The position numbers and the translations under genes are program-made. Positions 1-8,199 of a stretch of 64,000 nucleotides of DNA are shown here, in pieces. Below the pieces are notes generated by a model. That model was given only the letters and a program-made list of their open reading frames with translations, was not told the DNA's origin and made no database searches. The DNA comes from Spirochaetota bacterium. Its GTDB lineage: Bacteria; Spirochaetota; Brachyspiria; Brachyspirales; JACRPF01. Numbering within the stretch: position 1 is the stretch's first letter; each line of letters opens with the position of its first letter. The stretch spans positions 144,322 to 208,321 of the forward strand of contig JACRPF010000004.1 in the NCBI GenBank assembly GCA_016214035.1. The letters run 5' to 3'.

Positions 1-1
1 C

Positions 2-2710
2 TTTGAAGACGTTCTCACCTGTAAAAACGGATCCATCCGCAACAGCAGCGTATCCGCCCGCATAATACACATCGGCGGTGAAGCGTGCATACTGTCCGTC
101 ACCCACGACATCACCGAACGCAAACAGATGGAAATTGCATTGCGTGAAAGCGAGCAGAAATTCCGGCAAGTCGTCGAATCCGCGCCATGGGGCATGCATT
201 TCTGCGAGCTTCGGGACGATAAAATTATCTTTGTGGGCGCAAATCCATTCGCCGAACGCATACTCGGCAGGGATCACCGTCCGTTCATCGGGAAATCTAT
301 CGACGAAGTTTTTCCGGTGATACGTGAACCTGATATCGCATCGATCTATAAGACCATCGCCCAGAAAGGCGGCATCTGGACAACCGAACAGGTAAACTAT
401 GACAACGGGAAGATAAAAAACGCATTCGAGGTCTTTGCGTTCCAGACGGCCCCGAACAAAATGGTTGCATCGTTCTCCGATATCTCCGACCGGATGAAAG
501 CACAGCAGGAACTGCAGGAGAAAACCGACGAACTCGACCGTTTCTTCAATTCAACACTCGATCTTCTCTGCATCGCCGATACTGACGGATTCTTCAGACG
601 GCTGAACCCGGCATGGGAGACAACGCTCGGATATATGATCGAAGAGCTTGAAGGTAAAAAGTTTCTCGATCTGGTGCATCCGGACGATATACCGGCAACG
701 CTGCAGACGATGCGGACACTTGACGGCCAGCATGAAGTCCTTAATTTCACGAATCGCTACCGGCATAAAAACGGTTCGTACCGGCATCTTGAGTGGCGCT
801 CATTTCCTTCCGGAAATCTCGTGTATGCCTCCGCACGCGATATCACCGACCGTATCACCATGGAGTCAGCACTCGGTGAAAGTGAAAAACGCTATCGCAC
901 CATCGTAGAAAACCTCAACGACGCCTATATACGGCACGACTTCAACGGCACCATCAACGGCTGTAATGAGATTGCATATCGTATACACGGTTATACTGAG
1001 GAGGAATTCATCGGCAGGCATCTGAGTGAAATTACCTCGCCGAAAAGCGCGCTGCTCGTCAAACAGCGGCTGCAGGAACTCGTTGAGCGCGGCAGTATAG
1101 AATTCGATGCCGAGCACATACGCAAGGACGGATCGGTCATTCCGGTTTCCGTCAGTGCGCGTGTGGTCACCGAATCGGGCGGCGGCGTTATACAAAGCTT
1201 TGTACGCGATATCACCGAACGTGTGGCAATGGAAGCCGCGCTGAAGGAAAGCGAGCAGCGATTCAGAAGCATTTTTGATGAAAGCCCCTACCCGATCACG
1301 CTGTCGAGACTTCCGGACGGCATCATCGTCGACGTTAATAAAGAGTTCACCAAAGCCACGGGGATGACGCCGGAAATGGCACGCGGAAGAATGGCCTCCG
1401 AACTCGGCATCATGCGTACTGAGGACGATGCCGCATTAACCGCATCGCTGATGGAATACGGCGTCATCGGACCTGTCGAACTGCCGGCGGGAACATCCTC
1501 CAATCCGCGTGTGGGGCTCATCATCGCCAAACGAATCGAGATTAACGGCGTGCAGTACAGTCTCGCGATGGTGCAGGACATCACCGACCGTAAACGGGCG
1601 GAGGAAGCGCTGCGCGCCAGTGAGGAAAAATACCGTTCACTCGTCGCGAATATGCCGGATATAGTTCTGGTGCATATCAACGGCAGAATTATCTATATCA
1701 ACGACACCGCGCGTGCGGTCACCGGATATTCAGCCGAAGAACTCCTCGGCACGAGCGTACTCGATTATGTCGATAAGGACGACGCCGCGCTGATGATGAA
1801 TATCGCCGGGAAACGTCTGGACGGAGAGCAGGTACCGGATGTGTACGAGCAGCGCTTCATCACCAAGAACGGCGGCATACGCGACCTCGAAGTACGTGTG
1901 GCGCTTATCAGTTATGAGGGCGAACGCGCCAACCTGGTGGTGCTCACCGACATCACCGAGCGTAAAAAAACCGAGGAACAGCTCCGTAGATACACGGCGG
2001 ACCTCGAGCGTTCAAATCGGGATCTTGAGGATTTCGCCTACATAGCATCGCACGACCTGCAGGAGCCGCTGCGCAAGGTGCAGGCGTTCGGCGACCGGCT
2101 GAAACAGAAATGCCTTCCGATACTCGGCGATGACGGAGCGAATTATATCGAGCATATGTCCTCGTCGACCAAACGCATGCAGCAGCTCATCAACGACCTC
2201 CTGGCGTATTCACGTGTCGGGGCAAACACACACCTGTTCGCGCCCATAAACCTCACCGAAACGGTTGAAGAAGCCATGTCGGCACTCGACGTGAAGCGCG
2301 CCGAAACAAAAGCGGTGATATCCTTCAATGCGCTTCCCGTCATAGACGCAGACCGCATGCAGATGACGCAGCTTTTCCAGAACCTGCTGTCCAACGCGCT
2401 GAAGTTCAGATCCGCGGACATCGCACCGGAAATTCGCATCACCGCGCGCGATATCGAAAATGACATGATCGAGATATCCGTTTCGGACAACGGCATCGGA
2501 TTCGATGAAAAGTATCTCAACAAGATCTTCACGATATTCCAGCGACTGCACCCGCGCGAAGCATATGAAGGCACCGGCGCGGGACTCGCAATCTGCAAAA
2601 AGATCGTCACGCATCACGGGGGGAGTATTACCGCGGCAAGCAGCCCCGGCAACGGCGCCACATTCATCATCAGACTTCCACGGCGTCACGAAGCGGGAAG
2701 CGAACGGTAG
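2..2710 (+). CDS. Multi-PAS sensor histidine kinase; 5' end lies outside the window
   Basis: ORF track gives 128..2710, but the same frame stays open back to nt 2. It reads ..VTHDITERKQMEIALRESEQKFR, the same PAS-end/linker junction (DIT[DE]R..E.AL.ESE..[FY]R) that recurs at four later positions. The C-terminus has the H-box FAYIASHDLQEPLRKV and HATPase_c motifs (DNGIGF, GTGAGLAICKKIV). Confidence 0.9.
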   Translation, partial: FEDVLTCKNGSIRNSSVSARIIHIGGEACILSVTHDITERKQMEIALRESEQKFRQVVESAPWGMHFCELRDDKIIFVGANPFAERILGRDHRPFIGKSIDEVFPVIREPDIASIYKTIAQKGGIWTTEQVNYDNGKIKNAFEVFAFQTAPNKMVASFSDISDRMKAQQELQEKTDELDRFFNSTLDLLCIADTDGFFRRLNPAWETTLGYMIEELEGKKFLDLVHPDDIPATLQTMRTLDGQHEVLNFTNRYRHKNGSYRHLEWRSFPSGNLVYASARDITDRITMESALGESEKRYRTIVENLNDAYIRHDFNGTINGCNEIAYRIHGYTEEEFIGRHLSEITSPKSALLVKQRLQELVERGSIEFDAEHIRKDGSVIPVSVSARVVTESGGGVIQSFVRDITERVAMEAALKESEQRFRSIFDESPYPITLSRLPDGIIVDVNKEFTKATGMTPEMARGRMASELGIMRTEDDAALTASLMEYGVIGPVELPAGTSSNPRVGLIIAKRIEINGVQYSLAMVQDITDRKRAEEALRASEEKYRSLVANMPDIVLVHINGRIIYINDTARAVTGYSAEELLGTSVLDYVDKDDAALMMNIAGKRLDGEQVPDVYEQRFITKNGGIRDLEVRVALISYEGERANLVVLTDITERKKTEEQLRRYTADLERSNRDLEDFAYIASHDLQEPLRKVQAFGDRLKQKCLPILGDDGANYIEHMSSSTKRMQQLINDLLAYSRVGANTHLFAPINLTETVEEAMSALDVKRAETKAVISFNALPVIDADRMQMTQLFQNLLSNALKFRSADIAPEIRITARDIENDMIEISVSDNGIGFDEKYLNKIFTIFQRLHPREAYEGTGAGLAICKKIVTHHGGSITAASSPGNGATFIIRLPRRHEAGSER

Positions 2711-2828
2711 ACTGCGGCGTGCGTGTTGCGAATATTTGAAAACGGTTTATACTGTGCGTACGACACTTGTCCAGCTACCGCAACGGCGCGTTTACTCGAT
2801 CGATACACGGCGCAGAAAAGGAGTTCTG

Positions 2829-3281
2829 ATGGAAAAACGCAAGCCCGTAAGCATTCTCATAGCCGAAGATGACAGCGAAGACCGCATCCTCATACAGGAA
2901 GCCTTCCATGAAAGCCGTCTTGCTAACGACATTAAATTCGTCGCGGACGGTGAAGAACTCCTCGATTATCTGCGCCACACCGGCAAATACCACGGCGACA
3001 AGAGCGCAACGCGTCCGGGCATCATACTCCTCGATCTCAACATGCCGAAAAAAGACGGCCGTGAAACGCTCAGAGACCTGAAAGCCGATCCGCTGCTTGC
3101 CACCATACCGGTTATCATTCTCACCACCTCGCAGGCTGAAGAGGATATCGTAAAAAGTTACAAGACGGGCGCGAGCGGATTCATTACCAAGCCGGTCACC
3201 TTCGACGGGCTAGTGAATGTCATGCGCATCATCGGAAAATACTGGTTCGAGATTGTCGAGCTGCCCGGCCCGCGCAGCTGA
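2829..3281 (+). CDS. Stand-alone response-regulator receiver protein (Rcp1/phytochrome-RR-like)
   Basis: Internal ATG of ORF 2505..3281. The product starts MEKRKPVSILIAEDDSEDRILI, has the phospho-acceptor context ILLDLNMPKKDG and the conserved K in FITKP. The longer start would overlap the kinase 3' end. Confidence 0.85.
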   Translation: MEKRKPVSILIAEDDSEDRILIQEAFHESRLANDIKFVADGEELLDYLRHTGKYHGDKSATRPGIILLDLNMPKKDGRETLRDLKADPLLATIPVIILTTSQAEEDIVKSYKTGASGFITKPVTFDGLVNVMRIIGKYWFEIVELPGPRS

Positions 3282-3303
3282 CGGAACGGGACGCGGAGGT
3301 TTC

Positions 3304-5253
3304 ATGTCGGGCGAAGATATTATCAGAGTACTTGTCGTCGATGACGATGAGGACGACTATATCATCATCCGTGAACTCTTACGCGAAGTGCACCATCGAA
3401 GTTATGAGACGGACTGGCTGCCGCACGGACGCGACATCGCCGGGGCGCTCGCGAAAAAAACATACGATATCTGTCTCATCGACTACAACCTCGGCGGCGA
3501 CAACGGCATAGCCATCATCCGCTCGGTCATGACCGCCGGCAGATCCATACCCTTCATACTCATCACGGGTCAGGACGACTATGAAGTGGACCTGAAAGCC
3601 ATGCAGGCGGGCGCACGCGACTACCTTTCAAAAAATACGCTCTCGCCCGATTCACTAGAACGGTCGATACGCTATGCGGTCAATGAGCACCGGCTGGAAC
3701 GCGAACGCATCAACGCGCTCCTTGAACTCGGCGAAAGCGAACGGGCGCTGGCCGCGGCTGCCCGCGACTGGCAGAACACGTTTGACGCCGTGGGCGACGC
3801 CATCTGGCTCCTCGACCGCGAACACCGCATTGTACGCGTGAACAAGGCGACCAGGGAGCTCTTCGGCGTAGAACAGAGCGCGATACTCGGGATGTACTGC
3901 TGGAAAGTGGTGCACAACACCGATACACCGCTCCCGAACTGCCCGGTAAACACGGCGATGAAGACGAAAAAACGCGCGTCGCTGGAAATCTCATCCGGAA
4001 ACCGGAAATTCCTCATCGTAGCCGATCCCATCCTTGAGAAAAACGGCGATTATCGCGGAGCCGTGCATATCGCGTCGGATATCACTGAACGTACACGCAT
4101 CGCATCGGCGCTGGCAGAAAGCGAGGAAAAGTTCAGAAGCATCATCGAGCAGTCCGCCGACGGCATCGCGCTCAGCGACAAGGACGGCATCATCATTGAA
4201 TGGAATCACGGCGAGGAACTTATCACCGGCATCCCGCGCGCGGAGGCGATGGGAAAGCCGGCATGGGATCTGCAATCAAGCCTCATCGTGGACACGACGC
4301 AACAAGAGGCCATCGCCGACAGGATGCGCGAACAGATATCACTGATGCTCAGGAATGAGAACACGCCGAACATGACACAGGAGACCGTTTTCCGGCGCCG
4401 CGACGGCGAGATCCGCACTATGCAGATCACCATGTTCGTCATCAACGCATCGCACGGACGCATGGTGGGAACGTTCACGCGAGACATCACCGAGCACAAG
4501 CGCGTCGAGGACGAGCGGCTGTTCCAGGAAAAGATCATGCAGCGCACCGAACGTCTCGCCTCGCTCGGACAGATATCGTCGGCAATCGGCCATGAGATCA
4601 ATCAGCCGCTGCAGTCGATTAAGGTCATCGCCGGAACGGCGGTGTATCTCCATGAACATGAACAGCGCACGCTCTCCACGGAAACGCTCATCGGCGATTT
4701 CAAAAAAATCATCGAGCGCGTCGATCGGCTTGACGGCATCATCAAGAGTATGCGCGTCATGCTGAAATCGTCTGACAAGATAGACGCGCGTCCGCTCGAC
4801 CTCAACAAGTGCATCCATTCGACGCTCGACATCTTCAAACAGAAGCTCATCTCGCACGGCGTTGCGCTCACCACGGTATTCTCCGACGGTCTCGGCAAGG
4901 TGCTCTTTCCCGAGGTGCAGCTCTCCCAGGTCATCGCCAATATCGTGGACAATGCGGTCGCCGCGCTCGACAACGCCGCGCATGAAGAACGGCGCATCGT
5001 GATCTCCACCGGCATGAAAAACGGCAGCATATACCTCTCCATCGCGGACAACGGCCCGGGCATACCCGACGAGCAGAAGGAACGCATCTTCAACCCGTTC
5101 TATTCGCTGCAGCAGAAAGAACACAGTATGGGACTCGGGCTCTATATCGTCACCACCATCCTGAAATCATTCGACGCCACCATCGCGGTATCGGACAACG
5201 ACATGGGCGGGGCGACGTTCACGGTGCGCTTTGCTCCGGAGCGTCCCGCATGA
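3304..5253 (+). CDS. Hybrid receiver-PAS-histidine kinase
   Basis: An ATG preceded by GGAGG lies inside ORF 3217..5253. N-terminal receiver (VLVVDDDEDD, LIDYNLGGDNG), two PAS-like segments ending DITERTR / DITEHKR, H-box SSAIGHEINQPLQSI, and an ATPase domain (DNGPGIP, GLGLYIV). Confidence 0.88.
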   Translation: MSGEDIIRVLVVDDDEDDYIIIRELLREVHHRSYETDWLPHGRDIAGALAKKTYDICLIDYNLGGDNGIAIIRSVMTAGRSIPFILITGQDDYEVDLKAMQAGARDYLSKNTLSPDSLERSIRYAVNEHRLERERINALLELGESERALAAAARDWQNTFDAVGDAIWLLDREHRIVRVNKATRELFGVEQSAILGMYCWKVVHNTDTPLPNCPVNTAMKTKKRASLEISSGNRKFLIVADPILEKNGDYRGAVHIASDITERTRIASALAESEEKFRSIIEQSADGIALSDKDGIIIEWNHGEELITGIPRAEAMGKPAWDLQSSLIVDTTQQEAIADRMREQISLMLRNENTPNMTQETVFRRRDGEIRTMQITMFVINASHGRMVGTFTRDITEHKRVEDERLFQEKIMQRTERLASLGQISSAIGHEINQPLQSIKVIAGTAVYLHEHEQRTLSTETLIGDFKKIIERVDRLDGIIKSMRVMLKSSDKIDARPLDLNKCIHSTLDIFKQKLISHGVALTTVFSDGLGKVLFPEVQLSQVIANIVDNAVAALDNAAHEERRIVISTGMKNGSIYLSIADNGPGIPDEQKERIFNPFYSLQQKEHSMGLGLYIVTTILKSFDATIAVSDNDMGGATFTVRFAPERPA

Positions 5254-6683
5254 CGGTCTTTGTCGTCGACGACGAAGCCGACTGCTGCGACGATCTGTCG
5301 TCATTCGTCCGCGCCATCGGCCACACGGTCACGGGATTCACCGACCCGCGCGCTGCGCTCGACGCCATCATCAAGGAGCCGCCGGACGTCATCATCACCG
5401 ACGTCAACATGCCGTATATCAACGGCATCGAACTCTTCAGCCGCATCCGTGAAAAAAACTGCCGCGCCGAGGTCATCTTCATCTCGGGCAAAGCGGAAAC
5501 CATTGAATCCATCAACGCCATGGAACGCGGCGTGTATGATTTTTTCATCAAACCGGTGGACGTCAGCAAGGTAGCGGAAGCGCTCTCCGGCATCGCCGGG
5601 CTTCGCGCTGCCGAAACGGGCAAGCTGCCGGCGCATACTCTTGCCGAGGCCGTGGCAAAACTGGAGCGCATCGCCGTCGATGAAGTGACCTTCTCCCCGG
5701 ACGATTTTCCCGGACCGCGCTACGGCGAGGACATCGGCATATTCTCAGAACGGATGAAGGCGGTATACCGCAAGCTCAAAAAGCTGCGCGAATATCCGAA
5801 CACCCCGGTGCTCATCGAGGGCGAAACGGGCACCGGCAAGGAAATCATCGCGCAGTTCCTGCATTACGGCGGATCGCTTTCCGACGAACGCCCGTTCATC
5901 GCCATCAACTGCCCCACCATCGGCAAGGACATCTTCGAATCGGAACTGTTCGGCTACGAGGGCGGCGCGTTCACCGGGGCGGACCCGAAAGGCCGCGCGG
6001 GAAAGATAAAGGCCGCCGAGGACGGCACGCTCTTTCTCGACGAGGTGACTGAACTTGATACCGGTTCGCAGGCGAAACTCCTGCGCGTGCTGCAGGAGAA
6101 TGAATACTACCGCGTGGGCGGCACAACGAAAATTCACACCAACGCACGCATCGTCTGCGCGACCAATCTGGCGATGGAGAATCTGGTCGCACGGGGACTG
6201 TTCAGAAGCGACCTCTATTACCGGCTCAACGTCTGCAAAATATCGCTCCCGCCGCTCCGCGACCGCCGCGAGGAGATAGCGCCGCTCGCGGTGCTGTTCG
6301 TGAAGGAATGCAATCGTAAATTCGGAAAAACGATAACGCATATTGAATCGGCAGCGCTCACGCGTCTTGCCGCGCTTCCGTGGACGGGAAATATCCGCGA
6401 ATTGAAAAACGTGATAACCAACAGCATGCTGTTCAAGGAAGGCGCCACACTTACAGCGGCTGATTTTCCCGTACTCCTGGGAGAAACACCAGCACCCATC
6501 GCGCCTTCGATGCGGTTTCCCGATACGCCATTCGATCTGCAGCTCTATGTCAAAAAAGCGGCTGATGATATGAGCGTGTCTATCATTGAAGAAATTCTTA
6601 AAAAATTCAATGGCAACAAGACCAAAGCCGCTGAATTCCTGAAACTTTCACGCATGCAGTTCTACCGGCTTTATAAAAAATAA
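5250..6683 (+). CDS. Sigma-54-dependent response regulator (NtrC-family bacterial enhancer-binding protein)
   Basis: ATGA overlap with the upstream kinase. Receiver (VVDDEAD, IITDVNMP), AAA+ Walker A GETGTGKE, the signature GAFTGA, Walker B LFLDEV, and a C-terminal Fis-type HTH KTKAAEFLKLSRMQFYRLYKK. Confidence 0.92.
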   Translation: MTVFVVDDEADCCDDLSSFVRAIGHTVTGFTDPRAALDAIIKEPPDVIITDVNMPYINGIELFSRIREKNCRAEVIFISGKAETIESINAMERGVYDFFIKPVDVSKVAEALSGIAGLRAAETGKLPAHTLAEAVAKLERIAVDEVTFSPDDFPGPRYGEDIGIFSERMKAVYRKLKKLREYPNTPVLIEGETGTGKEIIAQFLHYGGSLSDERPFIAINCPTIGKDIFESELFGYEGGAFTGADPKGRAGKIKAAEDGTLFLDEVTELDTGSQAKLLRVLQENEYYRVGGTTKIHTNARIVCATNLAMENLVARGLFRSDLYYRLNVCKISLPPLRDRREEIAPLAVLFVKECNRKFGKTITHIESAALTRLAALPWTGNIRELKNVITNSMLFKEGATLTAADFPVLLGETPAPIAPSMRFPDTPFDLQLYVKKAADDMSVSIIEEILKKFNGNKTKAAEFLKLSRMQFYRLYKK

Positions 6684-6687
6684 CTTC

Positions 6688-6757
6688 CGCAACAATTCCG
6701 TTACACTTTCACGCAACATTTCTGTTACGTCGTATCATTTCCGTAACAGAAAGTGCG
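6688..6757 (+). promoter_or_regulatory. Candidate upstream activator sequence: three copies of a 15-17 nt motif
   Basis: CGCAACAATTCCGTTAC (6688..6704) and CGCAACATTTCTGTTAC (6712..6728) are direct copies. GTAACAGAAAGTGCG (6743..6757) is inverted. Copies 2 and 3 form TTTCTGTTACG-N12-CGTAACAGAAA. The array lies about 85-155 nt upstream of the -24/-12 element and directly after the bEBP gene. Confidence 0.6.
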
Positions 6758-6841
6758 TGTCCTTTAAAGACAATAAACTGTTAACCGGCCGTTTCAATGC
6801 AAAAATAGACGTTTCTACTGTCCGCACCGAAACGTTATAAT

Positions 6842-6857
6842 TGGCACGTCGATTGCA
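6842..6857 (+). promoter_or_regulatory. Sigma-54 (-24/-12) promoter
   Basis: TGGCAC-GTCGA-TTGCA is an exact match to the TGGCAC-N5-TTGCW consensus. It is the only such match I found in the window. The predicted TSS is near 6868. Confidence 0.75.
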
Positions 6858-6916
6858 ATATACTACCTATGAACGCAGCACTTCAAACACCAACATCGGT
6901 CAAAGGAACCCAAGCT

Positions 6917-7279
6917 ATGCTGAAAATCCTGCTTGTGGACGACAACAAATACGTCATTGAGGACATCGGCGGCGCGCTTGAATCGATGGGACATTACTGC
7001 ATCGGAGAAGTAAATCCGCTGCACGGACTCGAGCTCTACAAGAAAGGTGATTTTGACGTCGTCATCGTCGACGTGAAAATGCCGGGAATGAACGGCATCG
7101 AGTTTCTCAAGGAAGTGCAGCAGTTCAATCCGAACGCAGCGGTGATAATACTCACCTCATACGGCGACAGCGAGACATACAAAGAAGCCATGAACAACCG
7201 CGCGTATGCGTTCTTCAGCAAACCGTCAATGGACATCAGGGAATTGATGGAATGCCTTGCGAAGATCGAGCACGCATAA
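6917..7279 (+). CDS. CheY-like single-domain response regulator
   Basis: Internal ATG of ORF 6869..7279 giving MLKILLVDDNKY.., with acceptor VIVDVKMPGMNG and the conserved K in FFSKP. The 6869 ATG would sit at the predicted sigma-54 TSS, so I prefer 6917. Confidence 0.8.
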   Translation: MLKILLVDDNKYVIEDIGGALESMGHYCIGEVNPLHGLELYKKGDFDVVIVDVKMPGMNGIEFLKEVQQFNPNAAVIILTSYGDSETYKEAMNNRAYAFFSKPSMDIRELMECLAKIEHA

Positions 7280-7296
7280 CGGAAGGAGGATCTCTC

Positions 7297-7506
7297 ATGC
7301 ACAAAAAGCACTGTGAGCGCTGCGGCAAGCAGGAATTCCCGCTGTTCGTAGTGGCAAACTACACGAGAAAATACAAACTCGTTTGCGGGACCTGTCTCCT
7401 GCATGTAACCGCGCTGGCATCCGTACAGGAACGGAAGACCACACACGGACAGATCATGTTCGACTCATACTTAGAGGCCGGGTATCATGGAAATAAAAGT
7501 GTGTGA
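7297..7506 (+). CDS. Small zinc-ribbon-like protein (69 aa), CxxC-x20-CxxC
   Basis: ATG 6 nt after GGAAGGAGGA, inside ORF 7252..7506. Product MHKKHCERCGKQEF..KLVCGTCLLHV. It is a paralog of the next ORF. Confidence 0.65.
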   Translation: MHKKHCERCGKQEFPLFVVANYTRKYKLVCGTCLLHVTALASVQERKTTHGQIMFDSYLEAGYHGNKSV

Positions 7507-7654
7507 AAAATGCAAGAACATGACCTTGAAGCTGTATCATGTCGATGACTATTCCGAACAGTACTCCATGGTCTGCGGCACATGTTTTCTTGATATTTTA
7601 CGCACCGTGGTGACCAAGAACGAAGAACGGTTGCCGCAGGGAGGGTTACAATGA
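7487..7654 (+). CDS. Small zinc-ribbon-like protein (55 aa), paralog of 7297..7506; not in the ORF track (<60 aa)
   Basis: Manual translation: MEIKVCEKCKNMTLKLYHVDDYSEQYSMVCGTCFLDILRTVVTKNEERLPQGGLQ*. It has the same CE[RK]C..Y..[KQ]Y.[LM]VCGTC[LF]L pattern. A GAGG lies upstream, and the stop overlaps the next start as ATGA. Confidence 0.6.
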   Translation: MEIKVCEKCKNMTLKLYHVDDYSEQYSMVCGTCFLDILRTVVTKNEERLPQGGLQ

Positions 7655-7866
7655 CCTGCAGCAAGCTTGCACATTGCCCCTTTTTCAACGACGAATTCGA
7701 CCGCATGCCGCTTCGCTCCGGTATCCTCAAACGCGTCTATTGCATGACGGCGCCGGATGCATGCGCCCGCTATCAATTAAAGGCACATCACGAGGATGCG
7801 CCGCATGATCTCCTCCCCGACGGGACGAAACTGGCCGCGGGTGAACGCAAAGAGGCGATTGCATGA
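7651..7866 (+). CDS. Small Cys4 protein (71 aa), C-x5-CPFFN ... YC-x6-CARY type
   Basis: ORF track. GGAGGG lies 6 nt upstream and the start is coupled to the previous ORF by ATGA. Cysteines are at residues 3, 9, 31 and 38. Confidence 0.65.
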   Translation: MTCSKLAHCPFFNDEFDRMPLRSGILKRVYCMTAPDACARYQLKAHHEDAPHDLLPDGTKLAAGERKEAIA

Positions 7867-7899
7867 TCTTTCAAACTGCCGTCCGACTCCCTTGATACA

Positions 7900-7944
7900 C
7901 CGGTGAACCGCCGGGTAACACCGACGGTTCACCGGATATTTTTT
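7900..7944 (+). terminator. Rho-independent terminator of the sigma-54 operon
   Basis: CCGGTGAACCG (7900..7910) pairs perfectly with CGGTTCACCGG (7925..7935). A 14-nt loop separates them and ATATTTTTT follows. Confidence 0.8.
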
Positions 7945-8199
7945 CGACTGAAACACGTGATCTTTGCAGCAATACCGGGCGCCCGCGGGATCTGAATATC
8001 CGCTGGGACACTCCTGCCTCACCTACTGTGCTTACGGGGACTTCAAGGCCGCTTGTCGGCTTTCTCCGGGCGCCCGTCTTTTTTTTTCAGCTGCCTGCGG
8101 CTGTCATGTTACAGCCCGCTTTCCCTTGCTTTTTCACCATACTGCATATACAATGGCCGTCGTTGCGACGCATAGAAATGACGCCGCTAAGGAAAAACA

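Noticed and set aside
2505-2828. N-terminal extensions offered by the ORF track (2505 for the receiver, 3217 for the hybrid kinase, 15969 for rdgB, 36545 for hypC, 49841 for eno, 49917 for GH13, 62661 for GH16).
   Set aside because: The extensions overlap upstream genes or add non-homologous residues. Internal starts give canonical N-termini (for example MCYSVPC for HypC and MSYIEDI for enolase) and are preceded by SD-like sequences.
4339-5124. Long antisense ORFs such as this 261-aa minus-strand ORF. Similar cases are 16638..17594 (318 aa), 13564..14571 (335 aa), 23979..24752 (257 aa), 26007..26798, 31869..32477 and 38653..39561.
   Set aside because: Each lies entirely opposite a gene with strong, recognisable domain motifs. 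Their translations are low-complexity (R/A/H/D/E-rich) with no motifs. Open antisense frames are expected at this GC content.
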